This document shows positions 8,361-18,832 of a stretch of 64,000 bases of DNA, piece by piece. Numbering within the stretch: the stretch's first letter is position 1; each line of letters opens with the position of its first letter. Position numbers and translations under genes: made by a program. Source of the stretch: Candidatus Omnitrophota bacterium (GTDB lineage Bacteria; Omnitrophota; Gorgyraeia; Gygaellales; Profunditerraquicolaceae); contig JAQTQQ010000001.1 of NCBI GenBank assembly GCA_028712175.1, positions 96,992 to 160,991 on the forward strand. Reading direction: 5' to 3'. The notes under the pieces were generated by a model, which saw only the letters and a list, made by a program, of their open reading frames with translations, did not search any database and was not told the origin of the DNA.

Positions 8361-9158
8361 ATGAAGTACCTGTTTGGCCAACCTGCGAGAATAGAAAAAC
8401 TGTTAAATGGCAGGTTTGTTTTTATTTTACTGGATTATGACGGGACATTGGTTCCTATCGCAAAAACTCCCCAAAAGGCAGTTATTCCGGAAGGGACCAA
8501 AGAGTTGTTACGGAAACTATCCAAGAGGCAAGATCGTGCAATTGGCATTATTAGCGGTAGGGCGCTTGGGGACATAAAGAGAGCCGTAGGGATAAAAAGT
8601 ATTATTTATGCCGGTAACCATGGCTTGGAAATACAAGGCCCGGATATTAGAGCGCAGCGCCAGGTGTCTTTACGGATAAAGCCGGTTATGCGCGATATCG
8701 CCGCAGAATTGAGAAGGCGGCTTTTACCCGTAAAAGGGGTTTTGATAGAAGATAAAGGGCTGACCTTAAGTATTCACTATCGTTTGGTTAAGAAGAATGA
8801 TCTGCCGGTTTTTAAGAAAATTTTTTTCAAGACAAGCAACCCTTATATTCGTGCCGGAAAAATTAAGTTAAATTCCGGCAAGAAGGTTTATGAAATAAAG
8901 CCGCCGGTTAAATGGGACAAAGGAAAAATTGTTTTGTGGCTTGCGTCCAGGCGGCAATTTGCTTCAGGGGAAAATAGGGTTTTACTTGTTTATATCGGAG
9001 ATGACCTAACCGATGAAGATGCGTTTAAAGCCTTAAGCGGAAAAGGCCTAACGATATTTGTCGGAAAGCCGAGAAATTCCGCAGCGGATTATTACTTAAA
9101 AAACACAAAAGAAGTATTGGAGTTTTTGTATCTAATGCTTAAACTTAAGAAAAGATAA
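8361..9158 (+). CDS. otsB: trehalose-6-phosphate phosphatase (HAD family)
   Basis: HAD motif I 'ILLDYDGTL' and 'GDDLTDEDAF'. Its start overlaps the otsA stop. Confidence 0.8.
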   Translation: MKYLFGQPARIEKLLNGRFVFILLDYDGTLVPIAKTPQKAVIPEGTKELLRKLSKRQDRAIGIISGRALGDIKRAVGIKSIIYAGNHGLEIQGPDIRAQRQVSLRIKPVMRDIAAELRRRLLPVKGVLIEDKGLTLSIHYRLVKKNDLPVFKKIFFKTSNPYIRAGKIKLNSGKKVYEIKPPVKWDKGKIVLWLASRRQFASGENRVLLVYIGDDLTDEDAFKALSGKGLTIFVGKPRNSAADYYLKNTKEVLEFLYLMLKLKKR

Positions 9159-9161
9159 ATC

Positions 9162-9833
9162 ATGCCGGAATTAATAAAAGCAAAAGAACCGTTTACTTTT
9201 CGTACCAGACTGCATTTATCGGAGCTGACCGGTTTGCGGGCGACTACCTTAGGCCAGCTTCTGGACATTATCAGGAGTGTGCCGGGTTCTTGCATTTACC
9301 ACCATACGCATAGATTTCTACAGCAACATCAGTATCTTTCTCCGGAGCCTCCTAATGACTTTGCCTACTGGGTGACCGATATTCTCGGAGAGGACGAACT
9401 TGGAGAAATGCTGGTTAGTATCGATACAATGCAATATTCGGCTATTCGTGATTTACGGGAGAAGATTGCATCTACCATCGAGAACTATCTGAAAGATAAC
9501 CCGCTGGCTAAATTGAAATTTGCCCGTTCCGGGGAGGAGTTTCATTTTATCAAATCGGTTAGTTTTGTTTTATCAACAAATTATATTGCGCATGATTTAA
9601 ATGAATTTGCGCAGATTTTAAAAAAAGTGACCATAGACTCCATTTATTTTCATATTTTTGAAGCGCGCCTTAGGCTTGAGAAACAGACAAATGATTTTTC
9701 ATACTGGATAGAAAATTCTTTGGGGGACAAAGAGTTAGCGGGCAAGATTTCCGGTTTTGACCCATACACGCACGCCTTAGAGGATCTAAGGAATAAGCTT
9801 GTGCGTATGATTGAAAGAAAGATAGCTGGCTAA
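9162..9833 (+). CDS. hypothetical protein with internal duplication
   Basis: Two related ~70-aa repeats, 'NDFAYWVTDILGEDELGEM...AIRDLREKI' and 'NDFSYWIENSLGDKELAGK...ALEDLRNKL'. The gene is embedded between otsB and the treT-like gene. Confidence 0.4.
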   Translation: MPELIKAKEPFTFRTRLHLSELTGLRATTLGQLLDIIRSVPGSCIYHHTHRFLQQHQYLSPEPPNDFAYWVTDILGEDELGEMLVSIDTMQYSAIRDLREKIASTIENYLKDNPLAKLKFARSGEEFHFIKSVSFVLSTNYIAHDLNEFAQILKKVTIDSIYFHIFEARLRLEKQTNDFSYWIENSLGDKELAGKISGFDPYTHALEDLRNKLVRMIERKIAG

Positions 9834-11048
9834 ATGGCAAAAATAGAAGAATATATCCCTATCGTGGGCCAACCTATTGTTGATGATTTAAGGTTGCTTG
9901 GCGATAAATTAAAAGGAAAAGTTGTGCAGCATATAAATTCTACCCCCGTAGGCGGAGGGGTAGCGGAGATATTAAACCGCATGGTTCCGATGTTAAGGGA
10001 GCTCGGGGTAGATACTAAATGGGATGTAATAAAAGGCGGCGAGCAATTTTTTGAAGTGACAAAGAAATTCCATAATGCCCTGCACGGCAGAACTGAAGAA
10101 ATAAGCAGAAGGGATTTTGAAGTATTCATGGAAACAAGCCAGCAGAATATTGAAGATGTTGATACTTACGGAGATATTGTTTTTGTCCATGACCCCCAGC
10201 CGATAGCTTTAATAAAAAAGAAAGCAGGCAATAAATGGCTTTGGAGATGCCATATTGATGTATCTAACCCGAATGAGAAAGTCTGGGGTTTCCTTATGGA
10301 TTTTATCGTTAAATACGATTCGGCGGTATTTTCTGCTCCTGCTTTTTCGCGTAAATTGCCTATCAGGCAGTTTTTAATTTCTCCGTCCATAGATCCTCTT
10401 AGCGATAAAAATAAAGAATTGCCCGAAGAAATAATAGATTCGGTTTTAAGAAAATATGACATTAAGAAAGATAAACCGATAATCACCCAGATCTCCCGTT
10501 TTGACCGCCTTAAAGATCCCGTAGGCGTAATCGAGGCTTATCAGAAGGTAAAAAAATATAGCGATTGCCAGTTGATTTTGGCCGGAGGCACTGCTGAGGA
10601 TGACCCTGAAGGGTTTAAGGTTCTTGGAGAGGTAAAGGAGAAAGCCAAGGATGACCCCGATGTGCATATTTTGCTGTTATCTCAAAACGATATAGAGGTC
10701 AATGCTTTACAAAGGGCATCGGATGTAATCATCCAGAAATCTCTTAGGGAGGGGTTTGGTTTGACGGTTTCAGAGGCGCTCTGGAAAGCAAAGCCCGTTG
10801 TAGCTTCAAATGTCGGGGGCATTCCCCTGCAGATAAAACATAAATATTCGGGGTTATTGTGCCATTCTGTAGAAGGAGCGAGTTTTGCGATTAAGCAGCT
10901 TTTAAACAGCCCAGGGTATGCCAAAAGGCTGGGAGAGAACGGCAGAGAACATATAAAAAATAATTTTCTAATCACGCGGCATTTAAGGGATTATATGTTA
11001 TTATTTCTTTCTTTATATTACCCGGAAGACGTCGTTTATCTATACTAG
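9834..11048 (+). CDS. treT: GT4 glycosyltransferase, trehalose glycosyltransferring synthase (TreT)-like
   Basis: 'HINSTPVGGGVAEIL', 'FHNALHG', 'VHDPQPIAL', 'WLWRCHIDVS', 'SPSIDPLSDKN', 'KPIITQISRFDRLKDP' and 'QRASDVIIQKSLREGFGLTVSEALWK' match the TreT pattern as I recall it. The context is otsAB. Confidence 0.55.
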   Translation: MAKIEEYIPIVGQPIVDDLRLLGDKLKGKVVQHINSTPVGGGVAEILNRMVPMLRELGVDTKWDVIKGGEQFFEVTKKFHNALHGRTEEISRRDFEVFMETSQQNIEDVDTYGDIVFVHDPQPIALIKKKAGNKWLWRCHIDVSNPNEKVWGFLMDFIVKYDSAVFSAPAFSRKLPIRQFLISPSIDPLSDKNKELPEEIIDSVLRKYDIKKDKPIITQISRFDRLKDPVGVIEAYQKVKKYSDCQLILAGGTAEDDPEGFKVLGEVKEKAKDDPDVHILLLSQNDIEVNALQRASDVIIQKSLREGFGLTVSEALWKAKPVVASNVGGIPLQIKHKYSGLLCHSVEGASFAIKQLLNSPGYAKRLGENGREHIKNNFLITRHLRDYMLLFLSLYYPEDVVYLY

Positions 11049-11241
11049 TTTAATTTAGTAAAGGTTTTATCCATAGGCATTTTGTTGCGCCTCAAGCATT
11101 TGCAAGCCATCTTGCTAAAGAAAGCGGGATGGCGTTTTATTAAAGAACAGGGTTTGCTCGTTGCGATATTAAAATACTATTGAAGGTATTTCATTATGGG
11201 CTATAATAACTTATCAGCATAATAGACAGGAGGTTTTAGAT

Positions 11242-11874
11242 ATGTTTAATTTATTAATAAAGGGCGGATTGGTCATGATCCCGATAACCTTAGGGTCAAT
11301 TTTTGGCCTGGCGATAGTATTAGAGAGGCTTTGGGTTTTTAAAAGCTTGAAATCTATTGATAACCATGAATTTACACAGAAAATCTTTAGGGCGATAAAA
11401 GGCAATAAGCTTTCCGAAGCGCTCCAGATGTGCGAAAAGAATATTTTTTCGCCTCTAGCTGTAATCCTTAAAATAGGGATTGAAAGGAGATCCTTGTCTC
11501 CGGAAAGATTGGAAAAAGTGTTAGAGCAGGTGGGGAACAACCAAATTCATAGGCTGGAAAGATACCTTGGGTTTCTGGCTACCATCATTGCTATAGAGCC
11601 TTTGTTGGGTTTTCTGGGTACGATCACCGGGCTTATCCGGGCCTTTATGTCCTGGGAGCACGCCGGAGCCAATATCACCGTTAACGCGCTTGCCGGAGGT
11701 ATTTATGAGGCAATGATTACTACTGCCGCAGGGCTTACCGTGGCTATTCCGCTTTATCTTTTTTATAATTATTTTATTAACCATATAAAATATATTGCCA
11801 ATGATCTTAATAATTATTCTATCCAGTTAATAGAGATTATTTCCGAAGGGAAACAGGCAGAAACTAATAAATAA
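11242..11874 (+). CDS. MotA/TolQ/ExbB family proton-channel protein
   Basis: 210 aa with 3 TM segments and the conserved C-terminal TM pair. Confidence 0.7.
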   Translation: MFNLLIKGGLVMIPITLGSIFGLAIVLERLWVFKSLKSIDNHEFTQKIFRAIKGNKLSEALQMCEKNIFSPLAVILKIGIERRSLSPERLEKVLEQVGNNQIHRLERYLGFLATIIAIEPLLGFLGTITGLIRAFMSWEHAGANITVNALAGGIYEAMITTAAGLTVAIPLYLFYNYFINHIKYIANDLNNYSIQLIEIISEGKQAETNK

Positions 11875-11878
11875 AACA

Positions 11879-12298
11879 ATGAAAATTTCCGGTAAGCGTA
11901 ATTATATGCTAAGCCTTGAATCCGTAGTAATGACGGATATTGTGCTGAACATGTTTATTTTCTTTTTTATTTCTTTCAGCTTGCTTTATACCTTTGAACC
12001 TTTCCGGGCGCAAAAATTGGAAATAAAATTGCCGAAGGCGTCAAATACTACTCCTATAGGAGAAGAGGAACAGCTATCTGTTACTCTTACTAACGAAGGG
12101 GCACTTTATCTTGGCAAAGAATTAATTACTGTCAAAGACCTTCAAAACAGAATTTCCCTAAGGTATAAAAATAACCCACGGCTTAGCGTGGTATTGCGTG
12201 CAGACAGGCTTGTACGTTTTAAGCAGGTAGTAAATATTCTGGATATTTTAAGCGGTCTGGGTATAACCAGGCTTAATATCGCGGCTGTGCAAGAATAG
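11879..12298 (+). CDS. ExbD/TolR family biopolymer transport protein
   Basis: 139 aa with a single N-terminal TM and an ExbD-like periplasmic domain. It is coupled to the upstream gene. Confidence 0.7.
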   Translation: MKISGKRNYMLSLESVVMTDIVLNMFIFFFISFSLLYTFEPFRAQKLEIKLPKASNTTPIGEEEQLSVTLTNEGALYLGKELITVKDLQNRISLRYKNNPRLSVVLRADRLVRFKQVVNILDILSGLGITRLNIAAVQE

Positions 12299-12300
12299 CC

Positions 12301-12636
12301 TTAGCTGCCGGCTAAATTTAAATCAGCAAGGCGCTTGATTTTTAAGCCGCTTGTTCCGTCGTCATAGTAAGTGACTGTAACCGGGTCTGATTGCAGGATG
12401 TCGGATAGAGAAATTGAGTGAGTTCCTTTGCGCATAATTGAATCACTGGTAACCTTCAGGTTTATTTCATCGGCATTAATGCTAAAGTCGGGATAGAAAC
12501 GCACGGTAAGGGTTGAGCTGACCCAGTCTATGTCTACAACAATGCCGGATACAGTTTTTTCCTGCGTTACCTGCGCGGTTAAAGAGGCGGCAAAAAATAA
12601 AATTATCAGTAATAAGGCAGCACACCTTTTCTTCAT
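12301..12636 (-). CDS. small secreted hypothetical protein
   Basis: Signal peptide 'MKKRCAALLLIILFFAASLTAQ'. Confidence 0.4.
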   Translation of the reverse strand: MKKRCAALLLIILFFAASLTAQVTQEKTVSGIVVDIDWVSSTLTVRFYPDFSINADEINLKVTSDSIMRKGTHSISLSDILQSDPVTVTYYDDGTSGLKIKRLADLNLAGS

Positions 12637-12669
12637 AATAATATTATATTACATAAAATTAAAATTACT

Positions 12670-13431
12670 ATGAAAATTATAAAGCGTATAATCTTTATCC
12701 TTGGTATTTTGTCCCTAGTTATTGTTGTTTTGGTGTCTGCTGTTTTTTTTGTAGCCAAACATATCAGGATAAAGGATATAGTGGAAAATGAAATTGAGCG
12801 CAGCCTTGGTATTAATGTTACGATTGGGGAAATTTCATTTTCTCCGCTTTTGGTGCATATTGGGTTAAAAAGCGTTATTATTCATAACCCCGAAGGCTTT
12901 ATTGAGGACGAACTGGCTTATATAGAATACCTGCATTTTGTTTTTGACCCCATAGAAGTCCTTAGCAGGCCAAGGCCTAATATTTACCTTACGGCCATTG
13001 ATTTAAAACGCCTGAATATTATAAAAAATAAATCCGGGAAGATAAACTTAAAAGAGCTTACTCCTGTTAAAGGGAGCTCTTCTGCCGAGAATTCACAGGT
13101 GCCTTTTTATTTTGATGTTGTGGTTTTAAATGTCGGCGAAGTGCAGTATATAGACTATAGCGCCCCGGTTAAAAAGGTAACTAAATATAATATCGGTATA
13201 AAAGAAGCCGCGTTCGTCGGCCTGAAAGATGAAAATGCGGTTGTGAAGATGATTGTTTATAAAGCCATCCAGAATACAGATATCGGTAAACTCATTAATC
13301 TGACTGTAACCCCTGTTTTTTCAGCCATAAACGATACCGTGGACGCGGCTTGGAGTACAGCTAAAATTGGTTCAAAAGGAATCTGGCAGATCGGCACCAT
13401 GCCCATTAAACTGATTTTTGGGGATAAATAA
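12670..13431 (+). CDS. membrane-anchored hypothetical protein
   Basis: N-terminal TM helix followed by a beta-rich body. Confidence 0.4.
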   Translation: MKIIKRIIFILGILSLVIVVLVSAVFFVAKHIRIKDIVENEIERSLGINVTIGEISFSPLLVHIGLKSVIIHNPEGFIEDELAYIEYLHFVFDPIEVLSRPRPNIYLTAIDLKRLNIIKNKSGKINLKELTPVKGSSSAENSQVPFYFDVVVLNVGEVQYIDYSAPVKKVTKYNIGIKEAAFVGLKDENAVVKMIVYKAIQNTDIGKLINLTVTPVFSAINDTVDAAWSTAKIGSKGIWQIGTMPIKLIFGDK

Positions 13432-13454
13432 TAGAGGTAGAGGGAAATTTTAAG

Positions 13455-16025
13455 ATGTCAAATGAAACAAATCCCGCCAACATCCAGTGGCTTAGTGAAA
13501 AAGAAGCTTTAGAGAATTTAAAGAAATACGGCTACAACGAAATTCCTTCCCAAAAGAAACGCAATATCATTTTCATATTCTTGGGCGTAGTCAAAGAACC
13601 GATGCTGCTTTTATTAATCGCAGCCGGTTTAATTTACTTATTTTTAGGGGAAGCCTCAGATGCCCTGATGCTGCTTGCTTTTGTTTTGGTTGTAGTTGGC
13701 ATTACTTTTTACCAGGAAAGAAAAACCGAAAGGACTCTTGAGGCCTTAAGCGAACTTTCTAGCCCCAGGGCTTTGGTTATCCGTGACGGCATACAAAAAA
13801 GGATTGCCGGCCGCCAGGTGGCCAAGGATGATATTATTATCCTTAAAGAAGGGGACCGTATTCCCGCCGACGCCTTAGTTTTATCCTGCTCTAATTTATT
13901 AGTGGACGAATCTTTATTAACTGGTGAGTCTATGCCCGTGCGCAAATCTGAATCAAGTAAGGATGATCCGGATAATAGGCCCGGAGGGGATGATCTGCCC
14001 TTTGTTTATTCAGGGACATTGGTTGTGCAGGGCTGGGGTACAGCAAGAGTAATTTCTGTGGGCTCACAAACTGAAATGGGCAAAATCGGACGCGCCTTGA
14101 AGGGTATCTGCCAAGAGGATACTCTGCTACAGAAGGAAATAAGAAAAATTGTGCGTAATTTTTCTATTTTTGGGCTGACGCTTTGTTTGCTGGTTACGGT
14201 AATTTACGGTTTATCCCGGAGCGACTGGTTAAACGGGATACTCGCCGGCCTAACTTTGAGTATGGCTATGCTGCCAGAAGAATTTCCCTTAGTTTTAATT
14301 ATATTCCTCACTTTAGGGGCTTGGAGGATTTCTAAGAGCCATGTTCTTGCCAGGTCTACACCGGCTGTAGAGACTTTGGGTGCTGCCACCGTTTTGTGTA
14401 CAGATAAGACAGGTACGCTTACTTTAAATGCTATGCGTTTAGTTTCTCTTTGTGTCGACGGAAGTTTTTATGATCTTGAGGCAGAAGGCTGCGATATTTT
14501 ACCCGAGGCAGTGCATGATCTTATTGAATACGGTATTTTAGCCAGCCAGAAGGATCCATTTGACCCGATAGAAAAAGAAGTAAAACGCCTGGGCGAATTT
14601 TATCTGCTGGGTTCTGAACATATCCATAATAACTGGAAGATTATTAAGGAGTATCCATTATCAAGGCAGCTGCTTGCTTTGTCTCATGTTTGGGAGTCAC
14701 CGGATAAACTTAATTACGTTATTGCGGCTAAAGGGGCACCTGAAGCAATTGCTGATCTCTGTCATTTTAATAAGGAGCAGCATCTTGAATTGATTGAATG
14801 CATCGAAGGGATGACCAGGAAGGGTTTGCGTGTTTTAGGAGTGGCCAGGGCGACTTTCCGGAGAAAGGAATTGCCGGATTTACAGCATGATTTTATATTT
14901 AAGTTTGTGGGTTTGCTGGGATTTGTCGATCCGGTGCGGCCAGATGTTTCCTCCGCTATTAAAGAGGCTTATGAAGCAGGTATTCGCGTAGTTATGGTCA
15001 CCGGAGATTACCCGGGCACCGCTATTAATATTGCAAGAGAGATCGGTTTGAAAAATCCAGATGCTTGTATTACCGGTCCGGAGCTGGAAAATATGAGCCA
15101 TGCCTTGCTAAGAGAAAAAATAAAAACAATCAATATATTTGCCCGCGTGGTTCCTGAGCAGAAGCTGTTTATTGTTGATGCGCTTAAGGCTAATAGAGAA
15201 GTTGTAGCGATGACCGGAGACGGGGTTAATGACGCCCCGGCGTTAAAATCAGCCAATATCGGTATTGCTATGGGAGAGCGGGGGACAGATGTTGCGCGTG
15301 AGGCATCGGCGCTGGTTTTGCTCAATGATGATTTTTCTTCTATAGTGCAGGCGGTAAAAATCGGAAGGAGGATCTTTGATAACTTAAAAAAGGCAATCGC
15401 TTATATTTTTGCGATACATGTACCGATAGCTGGGATGTCATTTTTACCGGTTTTATTTAATTTACCGATTGCGTTGTTGCCTGCGCATATTGCTTTTCTA
15501 GAATTAATTATCGACCCTGCGTGTTCTACGGTTTTTGAGGCCTGTCCGGAAGAAAAAAACATTATGAACCGCCCTCCGCGTAATTTAGCCGAATCTTTGT
15601 TCGGGAAGAAAACTTTTATTTTTAGCCTTTTCCAAGGGTTGGGCATATTGACGGCTGTCTTTTTGGTATTTGTAATAGCGTTATATTTCAAGAAGGGGGA
15701 GCTGGAGGCGCGCACACTGTCTTTTGCAACTCTTGTGTTTGCGAATCTAATGTTAATTGTAACCAATCTTTCATGGTCTAAGAATTTAACAGGCATTATT
15801 AAACTGAAGAATAAAGCATTATGGCTGGTAGCCGCAGCAGCTGTAGGTGCCTTGTTTTTAGTTGTATATCTTCCGGCGCTGCGGAATCTTTTTCATTTCT
15901 CGGTTTTATCCGTGTTTGATTTATTTATTGCTTTTCTTTGCGGTACAATTAGCCTGTTGTGGTTCGAAGTTTTTAAGGCGCTTAAAAAGCAGGTAAGTAA
16001 CAAACCTATCAACCGGCCAATTTGA
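13455..16025 (+). CDS. cation-transporting P-type ATPase (type II, Ca2+/Mg2+-like)
   Basis: Phosphorylation motif 'DKTGTLT', 'KGAPE', and hinge 'MTGDGVNDAPALK'. 856 aa with 10 TM segments. Confidence 0.85.
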   Translation: MSNETNPANIQWLSEKEALENLKKYGYNEIPSQKKRNIIFIFLGVVKEPMLLLLIAAGLIYLFLGEASDALMLLAFVLVVVGITFYQERKTERTLEALSELSSPRALVIRDGIQKRIAGRQVAKDDIIILKEGDRIPADALVLSCSNLLVDESLLTGESMPVRKSESSKDDPDNRPGGDDLPFVYSGTLVVQGWGTARVISVGSQTEMGKIGRALKGICQEDTLLQKEIRKIVRNFSIFGLTLCLLVTVIYGLSRSDWLNGILAGLTLSMAMLPEEFPLVLIIFLTLGAWRISKSHVLARSTPAVETLGAATVLCTDKTGTLTLNAMRLVSLCVDGSFYDLEAEGCDILPEAVHDLIEYGILASQKDPFDPIEKEVKRLGEFYLLGSEHIHNNWKIIKEYPLSRQLLALSHVWESPDKLNYVIAAKGAPEAIADLCHFNKEQHLELIECIEGMTRKGLRVLGVARATFRRKELPDLQHDFIFKFVGLLGFVDPVRPDVSSAIKEAYEAGIRVVMVTGDYPGTAINIAREIGLKNPDACITGPELENMSHALLREKIKTINIFARVVPEQKLFIVDALKANREVVAMTGDGVNDAPALKSANIGIAMGERGTDVAREASALVLLNDDFSSIVQAVKIGRRIFDNLKKAIAYIFAIHVPIAGMSFLPVLFNLPIALLPAHIAFLELIIDPACSTVFEACPEEKNIMNRPPRNLAESLFGKKTFIFSLFQGLGILTAVFLVFVIALYFKKGELEARTLSFATLVFANLMLIVTNLSWSKNLTGIIKLKNKALWLVAAAAVGALFLVVYLPALRNLFHFSVLSVFDLFIAFLCGTISLLWFEVFKALKKQVSNKPINRPI

Positions 16026-16059
16026 TTGATATTAGAGACCCGTACTGTATAATAACTCT

Positions 16060-17571
16060 GTGATGCAGCCTTCTACAATAAAAAAAATAATCCAATTTTT
16101 AATCCTTTCGATCCTGTTAATATTCCTCACATTTCTTGGCAAGGATAAACTCGCCGCATTTTACTATAATCGCGGGTCTAGCTATTATGAAGCCAATTCA
16201 TACAAAATGGCCATAGATTCTTTTAATACTTCGCTCAAGCTTAAGCCCGGAGTTAGTAAAACCCATTATAGCCTTGGCAATGCTTATGATGCGGATAACC
16301 AGCCGTCTATGGCAATTGAGGAGTATAGGAAGTCAATTGAGCTTGATACTGCTTTTATCTGGGGGTATGAAGCATTAGTTGACGCCTATCTGAAACAAGG
16401 ATCTTATCAAAAAGCAATTGCTTTGCTAAAAGAGGCAAAACAGAGGCTTCCGGATAGCCGCGCGATAAAAGATTTAATAAATCTTACTTCCTTTAAACAG
16501 GTCGCCTTTTTTATAAAAAACGGGGTTGATGCATTTTCTTCCGGCAAGAAATCCGAGGGGTATGAATTATTAAATAAGGCATTAGCGATTAATCCGGATT
16601 TTGCCGTTACCTGCTACACTTTGGGGTATTTTTATTATACCGAGCGCAGATATGATGAAGCATTACATATGTTAAATAAAGCCAGTGTCCTAGACGGGGA
16701 ATTCCTCTTGACGCATAAGCTTTTGGGGGATATATATTTCGCAAAAAAAGAGTTCAATAAAGCCGTTGATGAATATAAAAAGGCGTTATTAATTAGTAAA
16801 GATGATCCGGTTATCCTGAATAATTTGGGCTTGTCTTTTATGAACATAGAAGATTATGCTCAGGCGGCGCGATTTTTAGAAAAGGCCGTAGAGCTATCTC
16901 CTCAGAACATAAATTTTCGCTATAGCCTGGCCAGCGTATACAGGGATGCCGGAAGGCTGCAGGAGAGCGTGTCAGAATATAAAAAAATAATTGCAGTGCA
17001 GCCGGATTTTCTTAATGTGCATAATGATTTAGCGGATATTTATAAGAAAAATGGGCAGCATAATGAGGCGTTTCAGGAATATAAAAAAGAAATTGATTTT
17101 TGCCAGGCAAAGCTTCTTAAATCCGCCGAAGACCCGATCATTTTAAATAGCATCGCTTATGCCTATTGCGGTATTGGCCAATGCGAAAAGGCAAAAGAGC
17201 TTATAAATAAAGCCCTAGAGGCCAAACCGGATTACCGCGAGGCGTATTTAACTCTAGCAACCATACAAAAGAGCCTTGGTGAATATCAAAGCGCGCTGGC
17301 AAGCCTGGAGGAGGCTAAAGGGCTATCAAATCTAAGGCAGATTTTTATCGAACAAAAAGCCGAGGACATAAAGGAAGAATTTAAGGCTATCAGCAGGGAA
17401 ATGAAGCTGCCTCCTGTGCATACGGTATACCTGAAAGCAGGACGGATTCTTGAGGGTATTATTGTATCCCAAACCCCGGAGAGGCTGACATTGGAAATGA
17501 ATATAGGCGATTCCACAGGCAGCGTCACATTTGCAAAAGACGATATTGAGCGCATAACTAGCAGAAAATAA
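16060..17571 (+). CDS. TPR-repeat protein with N-terminal membrane anchor
   Basis: Many 34-aa TPR units (e.g. 'YSLGNAYDADNQPSMAIEEYRKSIELD'). Confidence 0.6.
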   Translation: MMQPSTIKKIIQFLILSILLIFLTFLGKDKLAAFYYNRGSSYYEANSYKMAIDSFNTSLKLKPGVSKTHYSLGNAYDADNQPSMAIEEYRKSIELDTAFIWGYEALVDAYLKQGSYQKAIALLKEAKQRLPDSRAIKDLINLTSFKQVAFFIKNGVDAFSSGKKSEGYELLNKALAINPDFAVTCYTLGYFYYTERRYDEALHMLNKASVLDGEFLLTHKLLGDIYFAKKEFNKAVDEYKKALLISKDDPVILNNLGLSFMNIEDYAQAARFLEKAVELSPQNINFRYSLASVYRDAGRLQESVSEYKKIIAVQPDFLNVHNDLADIYKKNGQHNEAFQEYKKEIDFCQAKLLKSAEDPIILNSIAYAYCGIGQCEKAKELINKALEAKPDYREAYLTLATIQKSLGEYQSALASLEEAKGLSNLRQIFIEQKAEDIKEEFKAISREMKLPPVHTVYLKAGRILEGIIVSQTPERLTLEMNIGDSTGSVTFAKDDIERITSRK

Positions 17572-17626
17572 TATATAAATGATTTAATCCGGAGGATCCC
17601 TACAGCACCTGCCGAAAGGATACCTG

Positions 17627-18763
17627 ATGTTTTTTATTCTTATTATACTGATTTTTATCCGACCGCTTATTTCTTCGCTGGCATTTGCCTACCTAAATCT
17701 TCTTTATTCCGGAGGATTGTTAGTTTTTCTATTAGCATACGTTATTTATAAAAAACTGTCCTTTGTAATAATAAAAAACCTAATATTTCCCGCAGCCTTA
17801 TTCGTTACAACATTATTGATATCGTTGATTTTTTCTCAAAATCACGCCAATAGTTTATCCTGTTTTTATATGTATATAAGCGGGCTGCTTTTGTTTTTGG
17901 CAGCCGCTTCTTTGTCCGAAGAAGAGCAGCTATTTACTGTCCAGGCGATTACCCTTTGCGGCTTAGTTATCAGCCTTTTAGCAATATATCAATATTTATT
18001 TGGATTCAGCCATCTTGCGGCCTATCTCTCAAATGGCAATATTTCATTTCCCTTTGCTTTAGGTTACATAGAAAGCAGGAGGGTTTTCTTTCCTTTTCTT
18101 ATGCCCAGTATACTTGGCGGATACCTTGCGACAATACTGCCGCTGTTTTTTATTAATAAAAACCGTATTTGGCTTGTCCTTCCGCTATGCTTGGCTCTAA
18201 TTCTTACTAAATCTATCGGGGCATTCCTGAGTTTATTTCTCGCACTAATGGTTTATTTCTATCTGCAGGGCAGGTTTAAGAAAAGAAATATTATCTGCCT
18301 TTTAGTCATATTAATATTTTTGGCGGGCATCTTAATTTTACGCTCTATGACAGGAAGAGACAACACGCAGCCTATTTTTTCCGCAGTAATGAGATTTAGT
18401 TATTGGAGGGATACCTTGGAGCTTATTAAAACCCATCCCTGGGTAGGCGTAGGGCTGGGAAATTTTGATTTAAGGGCCAGCCGCTATGCACATAATTCTT
18501 ATCTGCAAATTTGGGCTGAAATGGGAATATTCGGTTTGCTTGCTTTTGCCTGGCTTGTGTATGCCGCGATGAAGACCGGGTTGCGTAATTTAAAACAATC
18601 GCTTAACAGGATTAAATATTTGGCGCTGTTTGCAGCGAGCCTTGTGTTTTTAACGCATAATTTTGTGGATTTTACTTTTTTTCTGCCTGAGGTATCCTTT
18701 GTTTGGTGGGTGATTTTAGGGTTAATCGTTTCAAGAGACAGCAATAAATTAGGGCAGAAGTAA
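17627..18763 (+). CDS. O-antigen ligase / O-antigen polymerase family membrane protein (Wzy_C domain)
   Basis: Polytopic protein with the Wzy_C-like loop 'RASRYAHNSYLQIWAEMGIFGL'. Confidence 0.6.
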   Translation: MFFILIILIFIRPLISSLAFAYLNLLYSGGLLVFLLAYVIYKKLSFVIIKNLIFPAALFVTTLLISLIFSQNHANSLSCFYMYISGLLLFLAAASLSEEEQLFTVQAITLCGLVISLLAIYQYLFGFSHLAAYLSNGNISFPFALGYIESRRVFFPFLMPSILGGYLATILPLFFINKNRIWLVLPLCLALILTKSIGAFLSLFLALMVYFYLQGRFKKRNIICLLVILIFLAGILILRSMTGRDNTQPIFSAVMRFSYWRDTLELIKTHPWVGVGLGNFDLRASRYAHNSYLQIWAEMGIFGLLAFAWLVYAAMKTGLRNLKQSLNRIKYLALFAASLVFLTHNFVDFTFFLPEVSFVWWVILGLIVSRDSNKLGQK

Positions 18764-18832
18764 AGGATTTCTTTAGCCGCATAAGTATGATAAAATTATC
18801 CAAGATTTATTCTTAATGAGCCCATTGAAATA

